In this document: positions 58,141 through 64,000 of the stretch, piece after piece
Position numbering within the stretch: the stretch's first letter is position 1
Layout: each line of letters opens with the position of its first letter
Assembly: GCA_951406725.2 (NCBI GenBank)
Contig: OX597825.1
Coordinates: forward strand, 28,830,001 to 28,894,000
Reading direction: 5' to 3'
Source: Octopus vulgaris
Taxonomy: Eukaryota
DNA: 64,000 nucleotides
Made by a program: the position numbers and the translations under genes
Notes under the pieces: model-generated
Database searches by the model: none
What the model saw: only the letters and a program-made list of their open reading frames with translations
Told to the model about the DNA's origin: nothing

Positions 58141-58186
58141 GACACTTGATGAAAGCTGGAGGGTATATCAGCCGAAACGTTGTGTT
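58141..58186 (+). ncRNA. minimal hammerhead motif with C3U
   Basis: GACAC UUGAUGA A AGCUG..CAGCC GAAA CG UU GUGUU. Confidence 0.6.
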
Positions 58187-58329
58187 AACAACAAACAAGA
58201 TGTGGACAAATATCCGTCAAATGTAAATAATGTAAATTTTTCTACTGATCTATGGATCACGCGTATAACAAAACACAATTAAGTGCATAATATGTAATTT
58301 AATTATTACATATATAATACATATATAAA

Positions 58330-58660
58330 AGGGTGAAGATCCCCTTCGGTCATGAATGACCATTGGGATTGCAACTAGAAAGTTCCTATCCTAGACACAA
58401 GTCAGGGTAAGGTTGTTTATGGAAGACACACATGCATACCAGCCTCTCCTCTCCACGCCATCAATGTTATCCAAGGGAAAGCAAAAGCCGATACAGTTTG
58501 TAACCAGGGACCTCGCAACTCATTTCTACAGCTGAGTGAACTGGAGCGACGTGAAATAAAATGTCTTGCTCAGAGACAGAACACACAACCCGGTCTAGGA
58601 ATTGAACTCACTACAACAGGATCGTGAGTCCGACGCTCTAACCACTGAGCCATGCACCTT
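58330..58660 (-). mobile_element. tRNA-derived SINE (family D, V-domain-like body)
   Basis: Head tggctcagtggttagagcgtcg, box B gagttcaattcc, body gagcaagacattttatttcacgtcgctccagttcactcagctg. Confidence 0.8.
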
Positions 58661-59715
58661 CAATTTATTCTTTATGAGCGGTTTGTTGCCAACTGTTGCA
58701 CGGCCAGGCACTGCTCGACGGCTCGACGGCTCGGCGGTTGGAGACTCCTGTTCTATGCCATCAAATTACGATAAGTTTCTTAGTCTGTAAACCGAGTTAG
58801 TTCCAATGTCTTTCAAGTTATCTAAACTATCGATCGAACAAAGCGACAACTGTACATGTTAAATTTCTTGATGTGATGTGAATTTGTTGTTTATCGATAA
58901 CAATGTCTTCGTGGTATCCAACTTATCCCAACATATCCTGCTTTTCTTCTTTTTATCTCATCACGCACGTCCGTCAGTTTTTGTCTGTCTTCTGCTTGTT
59001 TGTCTGACATCCTTTCTCACTACTCTTCCTCGTCTCTTTCCCTGTCCCCTCTCAATTTCTTTCCCCCTGTCAATCTCTTTCTCGTCTCTGTCTCTGTCCT
59101 TCCCGCTCCCTTTCTCTCCCTTTCTCTCCTTTTCTCTCTCAGTTATTCTCATGTTTCTTTCTCATAACGTTTGATCCAATTTTTCTTTCTCACACTTGCA
59201 AACCATCTGAGAATTTATCTTTTCTCCATGTTCTTCTCTCAAACATTATTTTTGTCAGTATACTTTTTTCTAATACATGCCCACATTATGCGCACGCATG
59301 CCCATCCCATCCCACACACAAACACCAACATATCTACACTCACACAAACAAACACACAAAGACATACAGGTATACAAATACACGAAGAAAAAACATGACC
59401 AAAGTTTCTTCCATAACAATAGGCTATAAAAACCGTCTACCGGATTCTGTGGAGTATACGTTTATCCACAAGACAAGACATCTTCCACCAACGACACACA
59501 TAGACATATGCAGCTACAAATAGTAATCCAGGTATTATATTCAAAGCAGATATATCGTTCAAAGCCAAATTAACAACGACGATCTTCACGAGTAGCACCT
59601 TTTACAGGCGTGAAGTGTTAAAAATGGCAGAGATATATCAATAACAGCCGAGAATCGTCGAGCAGCCCAAAAGGTTACACTGAGTGCAGTTTTAAGCAAA
59701 TACTGCTTCTGTCTG

Positions 59716-59781
<66 letters not shown>

Positions 59782-60142
59782 AATCTATCTATCTATCTAT
59801 TTATCTATCTAACTATTTATCTGTTTATGTATGTATGGATATAGGTGTAGTTTTTCTCTCTCTCTCTTCTCTCTGTATATATATATATGTACGCATTTAT
59901 ATGCATGTATTTGTATATATATATATATATGCAAGCGTATGTGTTTGGGTGTTTTAATATATTGCAGTGACGCGTAGATAGTACATATTTTCCATTGCAT
60001 CACCACTCCTTTTACACCAAATTACATGTATTAAAGTGGTTTTAATAGCAAGATGTGTTGTAATATTTCGGCTTATTTAATATCTTCATATTAGGCGCGC
60101 GATAGCTAATGGTTAAGTGGCGATATAAGTATATATATATAT

Positions 60143-60229
<87 letters not shown>

Positions 60230-60407
60230 TCTTCTATTTTAATGTGCAGTAATACATGTGTGTGCGTGTGTGTGTACGCACACCTATACGTAAATACACA
60301 TACACACAAAAGCACGCAATTAAATATACGAAGAGGGCTAAAGAGCTGATAGAAAATCTCATTAGTGGTTATAGACGTGTGCGCCTCCATGCATGAATGT
60401 ACAATGC

Positions 60408-60477
<70 letters not shown>

Positions 60478-60634
60478 ATCTGTCTATCTATCTATTTACA
60501 CATACATGTCAGTATACATAGAGTAAATAATAGAGATAGATAGATAGATAGATAGGTACAAAGACGTGTACACATTGTATATGTGCTTGTATGTATGTGC
60601 GATGTGCATATATGCGCGTTCAAATGTATGATGG

Positions 60635-60783
60635 TTCGCCGAGGTCGACTTTGCCTTTCATCCTTTCGGGGTCGATAAATTAAGTACCAGTTACGCACTG
60701 GAGTCGATGTAATCGACTTAATACCTATGTCTGTCCTAGTTTGTCCCCTCTGTATTTAGCCCCTTGTGGGTAATAAAGAAATA
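60635..60783 (+). mobile_element. SINE family A, 5'-truncated
   Basis: Core and tail to ...taaagaaata. Confidence 0.85.
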
Positions 60784-60824
60784 CATATGTCTATGTGTAT
60801 GAACGCCTGAGTACATCTAATAAG

Positions 60825-60882
<58 letters not shown>

Positions 60883-60924
60883 TGTCTGTGTGTGTATGTA
60901 TATATGTATGTATGTATGTATCTT

Positions 60925-61308
60925 TTATTCTTTTACTTGTTTCAGTCATTTGACTGCGGCCTTTTCGTTGGGCAAATCGACCCCAGGACTAATTCTCTGT
61001 AAGCCTAGTACTTGTTCTAACGGTTCTTTTGCCGAACCGCTAATTTACGGGGACATAAACACACCAGGATCGGTTGTTAAGTTATGTGGAGGGGGCGGCA
61101 AACACAGACACACACACACACACACACACATATATTTATATATACATGACGGGCTTCTTTCAGTTTCCGTCTACCAAACCCACTTACGAGGCTTTGGTCC
61201 GCCGGAGCTAGAGCAGAAGACACTTGCCCAAGCTGCCATGCAGTAGAACTGAACCCGGAACCATTTGGTTGGTAAACAAGCTACTTATCCCACAACCACT
61301 CCTGCCTG
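60925..61308 (-). mobile_element. SINE family B
   Basis: Head, CORE-like block, microsatellite and tail. Confidence 0.85.
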
Positions 61309-61973
61309 TATCTATACTCATTCGTATACGTTCAGATAAAGGCCACGAAGCATAAAAATAAAGTTGTGCAACAGCAGAAGCCACCGAGGATGCAATGAGA
61401 TTTTGTGACTTTGGGCCCAACCTGTACATATTGCATGAAATTGCTGGACTTCTGTTTCTGATTCAACAAATTTTGCAACCACAACTCCGTTTATGTATTT
61501 ATTTCTCTATTTATTCATTCATTCAGTTTGGCTGTACATTTGGAAATATCAAACAATAATTATGTGAATATAAAATAAACCTTTATGTTGTATGCATGCA
61601 GCTATTTTAGTAATGTCATAATCGAAAAGAGACAGGTCCATTGGTGCCGATATTTGTATATAAGCTTGCACATAAAATGAAATTGCTTCAAATTATGAGG
61701 TTAAATTAAGTGAACGCACCTAATATTTATATATATATATATATATATATATTGATATTATTTATAAATATTTGTAATCATATTCTTCTGCGTGTGTGAG
61801 AGCGGGCGCGCGCACACACACATATCCAAATCTGGACAATTGAAGTACTATCTAATTAGTTATATGTAGCTATCTATCATGTATCATGTTTGATGAAAAT
61901 ATACAACCGACAGGCACAAAACCAGTTTCCTTCCGAAATAAAATCTTTTATAGATTTGCGGTGCTTATATATT

Positions 61974-62392
<419 letters not shown>

Positions 62393-62429
62393 TTATATAT
62401 CACCACTCGTGTTCGACATCTCCTTTTTT

Positions 62430-62473
<44 letters not shown>

Positions 62474-62929
62474 GAGGACAAAAACCGTCCAGGTAGCGGC
62501 AAGTTTTATCACCAGATGCAATTTGGATATATGCATCATTACAACATATGCTTAGAGAAAATATATGTGTTTGTGTGTCTTATATCACCTGGAGAAATGA
62601 ATCCATGAAGATGATCAACCCGATGCCCACGGATACTACGGGACCACACTGTAATCATCCCAATAGTATGGCCTATGATCTTAAGAGGCATGTCATTTGT
62701 AGAAATGCGCGTAGCAATGCGTTAGAATATTCGTGAATTCCATCCAAGGATTATTGTTAGTATTATTATATTTATACCATATTATATCAGTACGGCTTGA
62801 TGCAACCCCAAAAATCTGGTTCACCTGTCAACATCATTAGACTGCGGCCGGCATAATGGAATAGGAGTTTTATCTGCATATTCAAAACGTTTCCCGTAAA
62901 CAAATTTAAAAGATATATATTCTTCTTTC

Positions 62930-63149
62930 TTTTTTCTTTTATTTGTTTCAGTCATTTGACTGAGGGCCATGCTGGTGCATCGCCTTTAGTCGAACAAATC
63001 GACCCTAAGGCTTATTTTTTGTAAGCCTGGTACTTATTCTATCGGACTTTATTGTCGTACCGTTAAGTTACAGGGATGTAAACACACCGACATCGGTTGA
63101 CAAGCAATGATGGAGACAAACACATACACACATACACACACACACACTC

Positions 63150-63184
<35 letters not shown>

Positions 63185-63350
63185 TATACGACGGGCTTCT
63201 TTCAGTTTCCGTCTACCAAATCCACTGACAAGGCTTTCGTCGGCCCGAGACTATAGCAGAAGACACTTCCTCAAGGTGCCACGAAGAGGGACAGAACCCG
63301 GAACCATGTGGTTGGTAAGCAAGCTACTTACCACACAGCCACACCTGCAC
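62930..63350 (-). mobile_element. SINE family B
   Basis: Head, CORE-like block, microsatellite and tail. Confidence 0.85.
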
Positions 63351-63364
63351 CTCTATGTATATTT

Positions 63365-63396
<32 letters not shown>

Positions 63397-63818
63397 TATA
63401 TATATTTATATATATATATATATGTATGTATATATATATATGTATGTATACATTTATATATACATGTACATATATATGTTCCTATATATATATGCATGTA
63501 CAAACCCTCACACCAACACATATACACATATACTTACATACATGCGTACATGCATACATGCATCTGTATAGGTTTGTAAAAGATGTATTGTGATACTGAA
63601 GCAACATACGCTACAGAGGAAAGAGTAACTTTCTTGCCCATTTTTAGAGTACGGAGAGATCGACATAATTAGGAGAGCTAATTAACTTGAAATAACAGTA
63701 GATGCTCGCCTTACCCCAAATAGCATTGGTAAGAGCTATCTCACAGAAGTTATAAAGCAATGAACCAGTTCTCAGAGAAGGTAGTGCACTTAGCATAAAC
63801 AGCTTGGCAAAGAAATCA

Positions 63819-64000
63819 GATCTTTACCTTTTGACCTATAGATTTAAAAAATATATTTTTGTAACTAAACACTTTTAAACTTCGGACACTGGTAGAATGT
63901 GTCATATAAAACATCTTTTACTCTTGGCATTTTTGAGAAAAACTTATATTTACGAAATAATTTCACATTAAAGTAGACATATTTCGGTAATTTCAACCAA
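63819..64000. mobile_element. MITE fragment related to 6724-7141 and 15275-15468, running off the window
   Basis: Reverse complement of the 15290-15468 segment (aacttcggacactggtagaatgtgtcatataaaaca). Confidence 0.7.

Larger units (their letters stand above)
57520..58234. mobile_element. palindromic insertion of two hammerhead-tail units
   Basis: TSD aatttttctactg at 57507-57519 and 58235-58247. Arms of about 140 bp plus (ATT)n/(AAT)n in inverted orientation. Same family as 25915-26305. Confidence 0.85.

Overview
AT-rich eukaryotic intronic or intergenic DNA. It is most likely from an octopus (inference from the tRNA-derived SINE families and the extreme microsatellite density). No intact host gene is supported, and almost all listed ORFs are microsatellite translations. 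The window is a mosaic of (AT)n/(GT)n/(AG)n/(ATT)n/(CTAT)n tracts and mobile elements: at least four SINE families, a near full-length decayed Dong/R4-type LINE, an RTE-type LINE fragment, two mariner relics, a Tc1 relic, a non-autonomous Helitron, MITEs and Penelope-like (GIY-YIG) remnants. The most notable signal, read by eye, is a recurring set of short non-coding insertions, most with fold-back (inverted-repeat) architecture, carrying type I hammerhead ribozyme motifs. These comprise one canonical hammerhead (29606-29668), a TSD-flanked tRNA-headed SINE with a minimal hammerhead (25915-26305, related copy 57520-58234), and variants whose core positions 3 and 8 appear to covary. Coordinates of decayed elements are approximate, and no database search or folding computation was run.
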